Source: Bythopirellula sp. (GTDB lineage Bacteria > Planctomycetota > Planctomycetia > Pirellulales > Lacipirellulaceae). Taken from it: 64,000 nt of DNA. Every line of letters begins with the position of its first letter. Position 1 is the first letter of the stretch. The position numbers and the translations under genes were made by a program. Below are positions 21,055 to 31,268 of this stretch, in pieces. The notes under the pieces are model-generated. The model was not told the origin of the DNA. It ran no database searches and saw only the letters and a program-made list of their open reading frames with translations. The stretch covers positions 448,001-512,000 of the forward strand of contig OZ244170.1 of the NCBI GenBank assembly GCA_965216565.1. The letters run 5' to 3'.

Positions 21055-21513
21055 TCAAATCAAGAAGACGCAATTAGCGAGGTGCGAGCGCACCGGTAGC
21101 GCATGTGGAGAATGAGCTACGGAGAAGGTGAGAGTCGATTCGCCGACAGGGAACAATGAAACGAATGTGGCGTCGAGAACAGGTGTCAGGGCGAACAGAA
21201 AGTCCAACTGAATCAGATCACTGCCGTCCCGCATTTCGGGTGCAGGCCACATGCACTGAGCATGGGTGCATGTATGTGGAGCGGGATGGGTCGGATCTGT
21301 GGGATGGTGAGCATGTTCCCCACATGAGTGGTTTGTTTCCAAGTGCAGTGGGACTTGCTCATTTTCTTCTTCATGACAATCTTGACCACCAACTTCATGG
21401 TGGTGATGACCGCAGACGGCATCAATAAGACTGTGTCCCTCATGCGCGCAACATCCCAGTGTCGCATGGACCAGGATTGCAGCAGCTGTGATTAGGTGGA
21501 CGTACGTACGCAT
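21055..21513 (-). CDS. His/Cys-rich putative leader/arrest peptide L3
   Basis: MRTYVHLITAAAILVHATLGCCAHEGH..HHHH..HTCTHAQC, ends VRSHLANCVFLI-stop. Confidence 0.8.
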   Translation of the reverse strand: MRTYVHLITAAAILVHATLGCCAHEGHSLIDAVCGHHHHEVGGQDCHEEENEQVPLHLETNHSCGEHAHHPTDPTHPAPHTCTHAQCMWPAPEMRDGSDLIQLDFLFALTPVLDATFVSLFPVGESTLTFSVAHSPHALPVRSHLANCVFLI

Positions 21514-21842
21514 GTCATGAAAAAAACAGGATTATTCTGTGTTGGCAGCCCTAATTAAACAAGATTGCCTTTGTCAAGTCTAGGTCAGAAAAAGGCTAGC
21601 TTCTGGCCTCAGCTCAAGTAGCAATCGGGATTCAGCGAAAAACAGGAGGGCTGCGACTATTATAACCTAAGATCTCAGATCGTAGGACCTAGCGAAACCA
21701 GGCTCGATAGCAATGATTCTTCTAACAGGCGAAAGTGCCAGCTAATTATCGCTAACTTTGTTATTCGACAGGAAGTCTTCTACGGACCTGGTTGGCAATG
21801 GTTCGTCGATTATTGTAGTGCCCAGGCACACATATAGGAAAA

Positions 21843-22742
21843 CTACTGCAATCGAATCGAGAGCCCCGTGCCAGCAAAATAGTCGTCCGCAGCGTCGTTG
21901 AGCCCCACACCAGCGCGAATGTCCCACTGGACATTATTATTTATTAGAACCGTGAATCCACCATTAAAGAAGTGCTCCGGCAAAGCGGAATCGGCACTAT
22001 GTGGGATGAGTGCGAACCATTCTGTGTAAGCACCCAGTCGTTCCCCTAAAGAGTAGCCGATTGTCCAAGATTGCGCCCACTCGGTATACGCGTCGGTGGT
22101 TGTCTCGTCGATGGCCCGATTGAACTGGGTACTGCCAGCCGTTGAAATGAAATCGTTGACTTCCCAGCCATAGATCCAGTTCAGTCCTGGCAATACCTCA
22201 TCGGCAGTAAATGGATCAGCGCCTACTGGAACGAGCATTTGTGGAATTAGTGCCATCTCGGGCAAGATGCCTTCCTGCGGTGTCAATCCAATTTTGAAAC
22301 CAAGGTAGAGATCTTCTGAGCCAGATGTGCGAACGCCGTTAACGGCTTCCGTCGCGTAATTCCAACCGACTCGGAGTTCTAACCAGTCGGCAAGTATTCC
22401 CGCTCGCAGTAGAGGTTCTGGGTAGGAGTGACCGATTGTTTGATCTGTTCCATCGTTGTCGAATGAATAAGTGTAGCCAAGCTCGATTTGTGCTACACCC
22501 AGTCCTACTGTGGAACTAGCTTCAGTGAAGTCAGGGCGATCCGTAACTAGTGGCGCGTCGAGGTCGGGTCCGCCAGAAAAACTTGTACCGTAGCTCCACT
22601 GGAAGAGGGTTCCACGCGGCTGGCATTCACAGGGGCCATAGGTACAGTCTTCGCCAGCGCAATTAGCTGCAGTAGCAAAAAGTAGTACTAGTGCAGTTGG
22701 TATGGTATATAGATACCTTTGCTTCGAAATTGGTAAATGCAT
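21843..22742 (-). CDS. Outer-membrane beta-barrel 'transporter' (MetA-pathway-of-phenol-degradation-like family)
   Basis: Signal peptide, TDRPDFTEASSTV..G.AQIELGY motif, amphipathic beta-strands, C-terminal GTGLSIRL. Confidence 0.75.
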   Translation of the reverse strand: MHLPISKQRYLYTIPTALVLLFATAANCAGEDCTYGPCECQPRGTLFQWSYGTSFSGGPDLDAPLVTDRPDFTEASSTVGLGVAQIELGYTYSFDNDGTDQTIGHSYPEPLLRAGILADWLELRVGWNYATEAVNGVRTSGSEDLYLGFKIGLTPQEGILPEMALIPQMLVPVGADPFTADEVLPGLNWIYGWEVNDFISTAGSTQFNRAIDETTTDAYTEWAQSWTIGYSLGERLGAYTEWFALIPHSADSALPEHFFNGGFTVLINNNVQWDIRAGVGLNDAADDYFAGTGLSIRLQ

Positions 22743-22975
22743 AAGCTTGAATCCGTTCTTAGAAAGGACGGCAATGTGCTTAAGCACTTGTGCCGCATTC
22801 GTCCTCGTCTGCTAGTGTTCAGATGCTGGGACTACTTGGTTCTAAATTCTCACAGTGTGAGACCCATTTATGCGTAGTGACTCTCACGCGAGGGTTGCTC
22901 GTGCTAGAGCCTGGGCCGGTAATGGTTCTCCGCGTATGGCTAAAAATCGGTCGTTGCTTGCAATGGGCTTAACTT

Positions 22976-22999
22976 AAAATGTAGCAATCGCTACACTTT
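22976..22999. promoter_or_regulatory. MntR-type operator
   Basis: AAAATGTAGC-AATC-GCTACACTTT near-palindrome with a TAGC-N4-GCTA core like the enterobacterial MntR box; lies between mntR and the divergent barrel gene. Confidence 0.75.
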
Positions 23000-23080
23000 G
23001 AGGCCCGCTGGGCCGAAGTAATGGTACTAGGTGCCATTCCCTACCCTTAAAGCCTAATTTCACCAAGATCGAGAACAGCT

Positions 23081-23527
23081 GTGACACTAACTAGCACCGG
23101 AAATAATCCACACCTACGCACGCGCTGCGACCATGCCAACGAGACGGCGGAAGACTATGTCGAAGCGATCGCCGACATTATCGATGAGTCTGGGAGTTGT
23201 CGTTGTGTCGACTTGGCAAAGTGCTTTGCCGTAAGTCATGTTACCGTAAATCGAATTGTCACACGGCTTGAAAAGCAAGAGCTGGTTTCAACCGAGCCCT
23301 ACCGCCCCATCCAGTTGACGGCAAAGGGAAAACGTTTGGCCGCCAAATGTCGCGAACGGCACGACATCGTGTATCGCTTCCTCGTTGCCATTGGGATTGA
23401 TGAACAGACCGCGGCAATCGATGCAGAAGGTATCGAACACCACGTAAGTCGTAAGACGCTACAGCGTTTCTCAGAGTTAGCCGATGGGAGTGGCATCAAC
23501 GTTACCCAGGGGTCTCCAGCTCTGTAG
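23081..23527 (+). CDS. mntR: MntR/DtxR-family metal-dependent repressor (short, E. coli MntR-like)
   Basis: EDYVEAI, VSHVTV..RL, LTAKG..A...RERH, DAEGIEHHVS. Confidence 0.9.
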   Translation: MTLTSTGNNPHLRTRCDHANETAEDYVEAIADIIDESGSCRCVDLAKCFAVSHVTVNRIVTRLEKQELVSTEPYRPIQLTAKGKRLAAKCRERHDIVYRFLVAIGIDEQTAAIDAEGIEHHVSRKTLQRFSELADGSGINVTQGSPAL

Positions 23528-23898
23528 CCGACGGATGCTTATTGAACGCCGGGAACCTAGTCGAGAACCTGTTGCACATGGCCGGATCATGCTGGACATG
23601 TCATCTCAGCCACATTGACAGAGCAGGAAACTCTCTTTTGGTCGATGCGACTTGCTTCTTGTCCCGACGCGGTCAACGAGAGCAAAAACATTGCCGCAAT
23701 ACCAACACCCATCTGACATAATCCGCTCTTCAACATATAACTTTCCCCTAAACGCTTGAGATAGTATCTTTAAGGGTTGCGATGCCAGGTGACACCAGCA
23801 ATTTGGCAGACTGGGATTATCTTGCCGGTCACTGTTGCGTATTACGATCGCCACACGCGAAAGAGGTGTTTGAATAGAATCGCACGGAGAAAATTACG

Positions 23899-24279
23899 CT
23901 AGTCTGGCCGTAGGCAGCATCCATTATGGTCAAGCACACCCTCATTCGGTAGGACGCCTTCGAGACGTTTAATGTAGAAGCCGGAGTTCTTCTTAAATAG
24001 TTCTTGGCAATGCGGACAACGGCAAAAGTACACGTCTTGCTCGCCAATCCTCAGTTTGGCGGCCCATCTCATTGGTTTTTCAGCCAAGCAGACAGGGCAA
24101 ACAATCAGGTCACTCGTCTCCAGAAGGTATTTCTCGGGGTGAGTGATGAACAGGTCGACACACCCCTGGCAACAGAACTGGTAGTCTTCGCGGTGATGGC
24201 TATGAAAAGTCGACAGCTCCGTGCTTATTCCCAGCCTTACAAGAGAGCAACCACACGTAGGACAAATGGGCGTCTTCAT
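23899..24279 (-). CDS. Tandem YHS/TRASH-domain metal-binding protein
   Basis: CPTCG..YQFCCQGC..F..P.KY and CPVC..VYFCRCPHC..F; start overlaps the upstream stop. Confidence 0.78.
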   Translation of the reverse strand: MKTPICPTCGCSLVRLGISTELSTFHSHHREDYQFCCQGCVDLFITHPEKYLLETSDLIVCPVCLAEKPMRWAAKLRIGEQDVYFCRCPHCQELFKKNSGFYIKRLEGVLPNEGVLDHNGCCLRPD

Positions 24280-25514
24280 TTCTTGTCCTCTGTTGCAAAG
24301 GGAGTTTCCTTACCTGCTTCCGCCGGAATAAGCGTGCCGCGATATCCGGCACTTTCGATTGCTGCAAGAAGTTTTTCATTGGGGACAGTGCAACATGCTT
24401 CCGTGCCGACCACAGCTTGCCCATCGGCGTAGCTCACTTCCACGGCAAGTACTCCAGGTACGCCGTGAATTGCATTGGCCGCGATGGCTGAACAGCCCTC
24501 GCAGGTCATCCCTTCAATGGCAAACACCGAGCGGTTCATGCTCGCAGTCACTTTGCTGCCATCGCCGCCAAGAAAAGCTCCTACGTAACTGGGGAAGAGC
24601 AGAAAAGCTACGGCTACTACCGTAACTCCCCAAAGCATGACCTTGTTCATCGTCATCATGTTGAAACGCCCCTTGCCTGGTGAGCAACAATCTTCGACCT
24701 CTTCGAATTCTCCACCGGCACAGCAATCGTGCCCACCACCGGCTACCGATTTCTTCGGGCGGTACGTGTAGTAGAACGCCGCCGCCAGGAAACTTAACGT
24801 AACGACCATGAATAGCGGTCGGTAAGCTTCCATTGTCGAGGCGATACCCGCTCCCGACACGCCGACGGCTAACAGCACCAACGGCAACCAGCAGCAACTG
24901 GAGGCTATGATGGCCGAAATGACTGTGCCAACCTTAGCAATGGTTTCACCACGGTTCGAAGCTGATTGCTTAGTTCCACCTGTCGGAACAACGACTGTAT
25001 CACTCATTTCAAGCTCCTCCTGAGCGGATTTGATTCCCTTTGTAACGCTACCCAGACAGCACGACCCAGACGGGTTTTCGGTCTCGCACCGACAACCGGG
25101 GTCCTTCATCTTTTGGCGAATGTCTTCCAGTGCATCCGAACTCCCTTTTGAGCGAAGTTCGTTTTTGACGCTGGCCACTGAATGGCCAAAGCAGTAACAG
25201 AGTGGTCGGTCTCCGGCTGTTTCCTTTACACCAACCGCCACTCTTAGTTGTGATTTCGTGAACGCGGTTTCGCTTTCTTCGGAAAAATACACCACGTCGC
25301 AACCCGTCGAATCACAAAACCGCCAACCGGTTTCTCCCTTGACAGGCGTGCAACCCTCGCCGTTTGAGTCACAACAGGAGTGGTCGTCCATCTTGAACTG
25401 CTCGGCGAACTCATCGCTGAGCAACGCTCCGAGAGTAACCGTGCTAACTCGCTTTGCCTTTTTATTACAAGACGGGCAGGTGACCCGCTTGACGGTCGTC
25501 GTTTCATTAGGCAT
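24276..25514 (-). CDS. Fusion: CopZ-N-terminal-like Zn/[2Fe-2S] domain + MerT-like membrane domain + HMA (MerP-like) domain
   Basis: CPSC..FCDSTGCDVVYF..LCYCFG..CRCETENPSGSCC; ASSCCWLPLVL..G.SGA..YRPLF (MerT-like); GMTCEGC. Confidence 0.8.
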   Translation of the reverse strand: MPNETTTVKRVTCPSCNKKAKRVSTVTLGALLSDEFAEQFKMDDHSCCDSNGEGCTPVKGETGWRFCDSTGCDVVYFSEESETAFTKSQLRVAVGVKETAGDRPLCYCFGHSVASVKNELRSKGSSDALEDIRQKMKDPGCRCETENPSGSCCLGSVTKGIKSAQEELEMSDTVVVPTGGTKQSASNRGETIAKVGTVISAIIASSCCWLPLVLLAVGVSGAGIASTMEAYRPLFMVVTLSFLAAAFYYTYRPKKSVAGGGHDCCAGGEFEEVEDCCSPGKGRFNMMTMNKVMLWGVTVVAVAFLLFPSYVGAFLGGDGSKVTASMNRSVFAIEGMTCEGCSAIAANAIHGVPGVLAVEVSYADGQAVVGTEACCTVPNEKLLAAIESAGYRGTLIPAEAGKETPFATEDKK

Positions 25515-25577
25515 GGGTTTGCTCCCTCATCGGTGGTCGTAATTCGCTTCGAGTTGCCGAAGACTCTCTATTCATGT

Positions 25578-25609
25578 ATTATCGACCTTGCACCTTAGTG
25601 CAAGGTCAA
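25578..25609 (-). promoter_or_regulatory. MerR-family promoter/operator
   Basis: -35 TTGACC (25609-25604), 20-bp spacer, -10 GATAAT (25583-25578); perfect dyad GACCTTGCAC-CTTA-GTGCAAGGTC at 25584-25607. Confidence 0.88.
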
Positions 25610-25689
25610 GGGGAAGTTGGCCTGCATCTAGGAAATCTGCTTGCTGGGGGGTTCGGGTGTGAGAGGGCTCACGTAATGGAGGTTGCGGC

Positions 25690-26094
25690 ATGTCAAATCA
25701 GTACACAATTAGCCGATTAGCTAAGGCTGCTGGCATTCCTACCACAACCGTTCGATACTACGAACGCATTGGATTGGTCCAACCCGAAGACCGCAGCCAC
25801 GGGAACTACCGGCTGTATAGCAACGAATCGCTCGATAAACTTAAGTTCATTCGTGCTGCTCAGGCGACCGGCTTTACGCTCGATGACGTCAGAGCCTTGC
25901 TTTGCGATGAGGCTGGTGACACTCCCACCTGCGGAAGTGTGCAGGGATTGATTGAGGAGCGGCTTGGCGACATCGAGCAACGGCTCAAAGACCTACGACA
26001 GGTTCGGAAGGTCTTGAAAAGTGCTCTGGAAAAATGTCGGAAGCAAAAGAAATCTGCAAGCTGTCAGGTTGTGACGGAGTTGAAGAGCAGATAG
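25690..26094 (+). CDS. MerR-family heavy-metal-responsive regulator (divalent type)
   Basis: TISRLAKAAG..TVRYYERIGL..GNYRLY; Cys at the start of the dimer helix plus a C-X8-C loop, as in MerR/CadR/ZntR. Confidence 0.92.
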   Translation: MSNQYTISRLAKAAGIPTTTVRYYERIGLVQPEDRSHGNYRLYSNESLDKLKFIRAAQATGFTLDDVRALLCDEAGDTPTCGSVQGLIEERLGDIEQRLKDLRQVRKVLKSALEKCRKQKKSASCQVVTELKSR

Positions 26095-26468
26095 TTGCAA
26101 CGCTCCTAGGACGGATCGGCCATCTACTTGGGTTCAGGTTCCCTAGAAGCGTACATCATGGCAGAAACCTGCTCATCATCCTAATTGACATGCATACGAT
26201 TTGTGTACTGGCCCGCGATGTTTTGGTATCGATCTACGATCGTATTTTATAGCTCTAAAGAGGTAGGGCACTCCGTGCTGTATGAGTCAACAATAGTCCC
26301 TGCGATGGAGCTGACGTATAATGGCAAGGGCAATTATCGATATGAGAGACGTCCCAGTTGACGTATCCGATACAAACGCTTGAACTCCATTCGAGGTTTT
26401 TCTAGGGCACAGTGTTGTGCTGGTTGGTCTCCTTGTTGCCGACCGATACTATCTATGAGGAGATTACA

Positions 26469-27335
26469 ATGAAAAAGTATCTAACTTTCTTTGCTGCGTG
26501 CTTAGCAACCGTCACGTTGCTGTGGCAGCCGTCGTCCGTGAGTGCCCAGCACCACCGTGGGGGACATCATGGGCATGGTGGCCACGGACACTTTAGTCAC
26601 GGGCACAGCGGTCATGGGCATTTTAGTCATGGCCATAGTGGGCGCGGCCATTATGGAGGATATGGACATTTCGGTGGTCATGCTCATGGTCTTGGTGTGA
26701 GTATCGGCCATCACAGAGTTCACGTCGGACGTCATTTTGTAGTACCCCACTACGATCATCACTATCACGGCAGCTACTGGGTCGACTCTGGCCGGTACTA
26801 CTACCAGCCGCGCACCTATGTAGTGAGCCCGCAGGTACATGTTGCGGCCAAGCCAATTGTCGTAGAGTTCGGCACCTTTTCACAAGTTGACGACTTATCA
26901 GGTCGTCTGGAGAGGCTTGCAAACGAACTCTGCCTAGACATGCATTACAACTATTCACATAACTCCGGTTTTGCCGAAACTTATCGAGAAGCGTATCAGA
27001 TTCTCGGTGCCACTAAATCCATCCATGCCACAGAGATGCAAAATGACCGAGCCGAAATCGCCCGACGAGTCCAGGAATTAGATTCCTTATTCCATCACGT
27101 GCAAAGTGAAATCAAAAAGTGGAATCGACAACATCATCGGCAGATTGGACAGGCCGGTATCTTAACGAAAACAGACGCCATGGAAGCATTGTTACATCAT
27201 TTGATGAACGATGTCGGCATCAAGCCCCATAGTTCAGAATCAATGGAAGTAGCGCCTGCTCCAGCGACTGACGAAGTCGCACCTCCTCCCGCACCAGCCA
27301 CAATCACTTCCCCCCCACCTCCGACCATACCGTAA
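26469..27335 (+). CDS. Exported His/Gly-rich protein
   Basis: GAGGAG RBS, signal peptide, repeated GHGHFSHGHS, helical C-terminal domain, Pro-rich tail. Confidence 0.8.
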   Translation: MKKYLTFFAACLATVTLLWQPSSVSAQHHRGGHHGHGGHGHFSHGHSGHGHFSHGHSGRGHYGGYGHFGGHAHGLGVSIGHHRVHVGRHFVVPHYDHHYHGSYWVDSGRYYYQPRTYVVSPQVHVAAKPIVVEFGTFSQVDDLSGRLERLANELCLDMHYNYSHNSGFAETYREAYQILGATKSIHATEMQNDRAEIARRVQELDSLFHHVQSEIKKWNRQHHRQIGQAGILTKTDAMEALLHHLMNDVGIKPHSSESMEVAPAPATDEVAPPPAPATITSPPPPTIP

Positions 27336-27389
27336 TTGAAGCTTCGACCGCTTGGTTTACGGCTGGTTCCATGTAAGCGGGGCACTTTT

Positions 27390-27788
27390 TTAATGGGAAC
27401 AACACCCCGATGTGCATCCCGAAGAACTAGATCCAGCCCGAGATCTATAGCTACCGCTTGAGGAGCTACCAAAGAAATCTGTCTGTGGGCGATCTTCGTC
27501 AAGCGAATCTAGTCCTTCATCCTCTTTCGGCAGGTAAGGGATTAGCTCCGGGTCAATGGAACGACCAGTTCTAGTCGCATCAATATCTTGAGTGGAGGCG
27601 AGAGAAATCGAGGGTTGCTTCGCCATCAAGGATGGCGATCCAGCTGGCGTTACTGAACCCACAGAGGGAGTTGACGAATAAGCCGGCGGCGTTACGTAGG
27701 AAGGCTCCTTCGCAACTCGACAACCGACGAAGCCAATCACACTCGTCCCAACGAATGCACATTTGAAAATTGATGATGCGTTAAGCAT
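27390..27788 (-). CDS. Small lipoprotein ending in a Cys/His cluster
   Basis: MLNASS..FVGC lipobox; ends GSSSSGCTSGCCSH; last gene of the ABC/TolC operon. Confidence 0.6.
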   Translation of the reverse strand: MLNASSIFKCAFVGTSVIGFVGCRVAKEPSYVTPPAYSSTPSVGSVTPAGSPSLMAKQPSISLASTQDIDATRTGRSIDPELIPYLPKEDEGLDSLDEDRPQTDFFGSSSSGSYRSRAGSSSSGCTSGCCSH

Positions 27789-27878
27789 GTTAATATATCT
27801 CCAGAACGGAAGCACGAGATTTGGAGTAGCAGCGTTGGTAGTTTTCAATGTGTTTTTATGGACTGGAATCCTCTAAAA

Positions 27879-29297
27879 CTAATTTGCTGGAGATGACAGG
27901 CTATTGTTGAGCAACAATCCTTCGATCTGTACATAGCTTTGCCAAAGCGACCCAAGTGCATCGAGATACACTAGATTAGTTTGTGAATAGGTTTGCTGAG
28001 CAGCCAACACGTCGAGGTAGCCTACTTCTCCCTGTTTGTAACCTCTCTGTACGAGTTCAAACGTGCGTTGCGCGCGGGGGAGAATGTCGCTCGCGTAGCT
28101 CGTTGCTGTTACGTGGGCATCGGTATACTGCCGGAAGGCATCGGCAAGCCGACGATTGAGACTCAACTCAACACGATCAACGTTTCGGACTGCTTCACTA
28201 ACTTCGGCCTGTGCTTGACGAATGCCCCCTTGGTTGCGGTTCCAAAGCGGTAAGGGTATTCCTACTTGAACGCCAGCAATCGTGTCACTAGTGGCGTCGT
28301 CATACTGCACACTTAACTGAGTACTGATGTCAGGCACTGCCTCAACACAAGCACGATTCAAGGCTCTGCGAGTTCGTTCAACTTCGGCCATTGCCGCTGC
28401 AATCTCAGGACTCTCGGTTTGCAGTCGAGCTAACTGCTGCTCCCAATCAAGTGCTTCTGGAAGCTGACTCACGTCACCCTCAAGATACTGAATGGGCAAT
28501 CCTGGGCTGACGACCACCGTTGATAGCCGTCGCCAAGCTTGAGCTTGACCATTCTGGGCGGTACGTAAAAGGACCTGAGCATTTTGCTGCTGCACTTCGG
28601 TCTGTAACATCCCAGCCACTGTACTCTCTTCCGCCTCAACAAGAGCTTTCGAAGCCTCAGCTGCCTCAGTGGTCAGCCGAACCAACTCGGCAGCTAACTC
28701 AACTCGGCGTTGGGCTAGCAAGGCCTCGTAGTAACCCTGTCTGACATCGGTAAATACTCTTCTTTGAACGGCTGCCAGTTCTTGTTCGGCACGACTGATT
28801 TCTGCGGAAACTACAGCCCGATTACGCTGAAGCTTCTTTGCCGTAATAAAATTTTGCCCAACAAAACCGCCTTGTTGCCCGGCTGCACCGTCGTTGCCAA
28901 TTTCACCAGCGACGTACCCTACTGTTGGATTTGGTGCCAGGCCAACCTGTACCCATTTGCCACGTAGCGCACGCACACGGGCTGCGGACTGTGAGATGGC
29001 AGGGCTATTAGCAAGCGCCATCTGCTCAAGTGCATCTAGATTTAGTCCGCCCGCAGGTGGAAGAGGTTGGGGTGAATCGGACCCTACCGTGCCTTCAAGT
29101 GATTCAGCGACAGACGGAGGTTGGACAAGCTCAGGTAAAACTGACTCTTCAAAGTCCACTTGGGTAATCGTGGATTTTTCATCAGCAGCATTTGCAGCTG
29201 AAGATGCTTCTGCCGGTGAATTTTTTGAAAGCGGGCTAGACGCACAGCCTCCCACAAGCACAAGTACAACAACGAAGCATATTGTTTGTTTGGCCAT
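27879..29297 (-). CDS. TolC/CzcC-family outer-membrane factor
   Basis: Lipobox GGC, PNPTVGY, GIPLPLWNRNQG, GYKQGEVGYLDVLAAQ. Confidence 0.9.
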   Translation of the reverse strand: MAKQTICFVVVLVLVGGCASSPLSKNSPAEASSAANAADEKSTITQVDFEESVLPELVQPPSVAESLEGTVGSDSPQPLPPAGGLNLDALEQMALANSPAISQSAARVRALRGKWVQVGLAPNPTVGYVAGEIGNDGAAGQQGGFVGQNFITAKKLQRNRAVVSAEISRAEQELAAVQRRVFTDVRQGYYEALLAQRRVELAAELVRLTTEAAEASKALVEAEESTVAGMLQTEVQQQNAQVLLRTAQNGQAQAWRRLSTVVVSPGLPIQYLEGDVSQLPEALDWEQQLARLQTESPEIAAAMAEVERTRRALNRACVEAVPDISTQLSVQYDDATSDTIAGVQVGIPLPLWNRNQGGIRQAQAEVSEAVRNVDRVELSLNRRLADAFRQYTDAHVTATSYASDILPRAQRTFELVQRGYKQGEVGYLDVLAAQQTYSQTNLVYLDALGSLWQSYVQIEGLLLNNSLSSPAN

Positions 29298-29390
29298 CCT
29301 TGGCCTCCTTACTTATTCTACTGACTGCTACATACCTACCCATTTTATCGGTTGTTATGTATAGCATGCGTTAGTGAGTGACTTTGATAT

Positions 29391-30533
29391 TTAAGCATGC
29401 CGTAGTGCTGGGACGATCTCTGTACGCGACGCGTGCCAGCCCGGTGCCAGCCCTGCTAGGATGCCAACTGCAATCGCCACTACTACTCCCTGAATGGCTA
29501 ACACAAGTGACGGTTCAAACGCGATGGTCACTCCCTCGGCCGCAACCGACATACCTGATGACGACAATAGCAGTGCACTTCCGACGACACCCAGAATTCC
29601 ACCCAAAGTGCTAAGCAATAAACTCTCAGTAAGCACTAAGCCAAATACTCGCATGGGGCGTAGTCCGAGAGTTTGTAAGACGGCATGCTCTTTGATGCGA
29701 TCTTGTACCGACATCACCGTGGTCGTAGCGACCAGTGACAGCACTAATCCCACGCAAGCGTAACCGAGCCAGTGCACGAAACCAATCAACTCTGCCAAGT
29801 CTGCAAGTGTATCGGCCTGAAACATTCCCTTGGTTCGAGTGGTGGTTCCGACTGGGCCGGAGCGAAACTCTTGGTCGATCTGCTTTGCCAATGCATCAGG
29901 GTCGGCTGTGTCATTGAGGTGCACTTCGAGTTGAGTGACCGTACCAACGTCGTTTGCGCCGCGTGCCCGCTGCAGGAAATCAAGTTGAGTGAAGATGAGA
30001 TTGTTTTCAGCAGCCGTCGCGGATTGAAATACGCCCCGTACAACGACGGAAACATCACCGATAGTGAATTTGTCACCTACACTCAGTTGGCGCCTCGTGG
30101 CCACATCAACGCCGACCAGGGCAGCATCGTCTTGGCTGGCGAAAGAGGAGAAGTCGCCAGACTGAAGGTCAATGTCACGCCAAGCTTTCAGCTTTTCTGG
30201 AGGCATGCCTTGGAAAACAATGGCATCCAGGCTAGCTCGACAATTGTTGGTAAATACCTTGATGGGAACCACGTCCTTTACGCCGGACATTTTTTCGATA
30301 GTTCGCGAGTAGTCTTGTGGCATCCGACTGCTTTGTGGGCAAAAGCGGTTTTCTTGAAAGACGATCAGCGTTCGCCCTGCATCCTCTCCCGCCGTTAGAG
30401 CCAGCAATCCTTGTTGCACAGCACCGATAAAGCAGAACACTAGCAGCGCTACCGCTGTGCCGCTCACAGTTAGTAGCGTGCGTGCTCGATGCCGCCAGAG
30501 ACTTTTGAAGACGTAGGGAATGAACTTAAACAT
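29391..30533 (-). CDS. FtsX/MacB-family ABC permease
   Basis: [23 protein letters not shown], 4 TM. Confidence 0.88.
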   Translation of the reverse strand: MFKFIPYVFKSLWRHRARTLLTVSGTAVALLVFCFIGAVQQGLLALTAGEDAGRTLIVFQENRFCPQSSRMPQDYSRTIEKMSGVKDVVPIKVFTNNCRASLDAIVFQGMPPEKLKAWRDIDLQSGDFSSFASQDDAALVGVDVATRRQLSVGDKFTIGDVSVVVRGVFQSATAAENNLIFTQLDFLQRARGANDVGTVTQLEVHLNDTADPDALAKQIDQEFRSGPVGTTTRTKGMFQADTLADLAELIGFVHWLGYACVGLVLSLVATTTVMSVQDRIKEHAVLQTLGLRPMRVFGLVLTESLLLSTLGGILGVVGSALLLSSSGMSVAAEGVTIAFEPSLVLAIQGVVVAIAVGILAGLAPGWHASRTEIVPALRHA

Positions 30534-30535
30534 AG

Positions 30536-31249
30536 TTAGGCAGTCCTGACAATTTGTGCGGTGTGAAGTTCTTCGCCATTTTCCATGAGCCGACCACGCT
30601 CCAAACGAATTTGCCGCTTGGCTCGCGCTCCGGCTTCGACGTCGTGTGTGACCATCAACAGGGTCATCCCCAGCTCGTTGTTTACACGACTCAATAGGGT
30701 GAGAATCTGCTCGGTGGTCTCATCGTCGAGACTACCAGTGGGTTCATCAGCAACGACAACGGTTGGGTTGGTAACAATCGCGCGTGCGATGCCGACTCGC
30801 TGCTCCTGACCACCTGACATTTGGCGCGGATAATGAGTTGCCCTAGAAGTCAGGTCGACCGCCTCCATTGCGATCTCAACTCGCTTACGTCTCTCAGCAG
30901 CCGACATAGACAGCAGCAATAGGGGTAATTCAACGTTTTCGTAAGCTGTTAATACAGGAATGAGGTTGTGTGTCTGAAACACATATCCGATGTGGCGGGC
31001 TCGCCAGTCGGCTAGTTTGCCGCGAGAAAGCTGCGTGATGTCGGTGCCAGCCACGACAATCTCGCCGGAAGTGACAACGTCGATTCCAGCAATGAGATTT
31101 AGCAACGTACTCTTGCCCGATCCACTGGCCCCCATCAACGAGGCATAGTCACCCTCATCTACTGTGAGACTCACTCCATCCAGAGGACGAATAGTTTCCT
31201 CGCCATTGGCGTATTCTTTTGTGACATTCATGACTTCGACTAAGGGCAT
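30536..31249 (-). CDS. LolD/MacB-type ABC ATPase
   Basis: [31 protein letters not shown]; start taken as MPLVEV (31249) after GAGG. Confidence 0.92.
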   Translation of the reverse strand: MPLVEVMNVTKEYANGEETIRPLDGVSLTVDEGDYASLMGASGSGKSTLLNLIAGIDVVTSGEIVVAGTDITQLSRGKLADWRARHIGYVFQTHNLIPVLTAYENVELPLLLLSMSAAERRKRVEIAMEAVDLTSRATHYPRQMSGGQEQRVGIARAIVTNPTVVVADEPTGSLDDETTEQILTLLSRVNNELGMTLLMVTHDVEAGARAKRQIRLERGRLMENGEELHTAQIVRTA

Positions 31250-31268
31250 GATAGTGTTCCTCTTCGTG

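Noticed and set aside
24276..25514. Selenocysteine read-through in the CopZ-like Cys motifs
   Set aside because: The ORF is uninterrupted and the motif positions are ordinary Cys codons.
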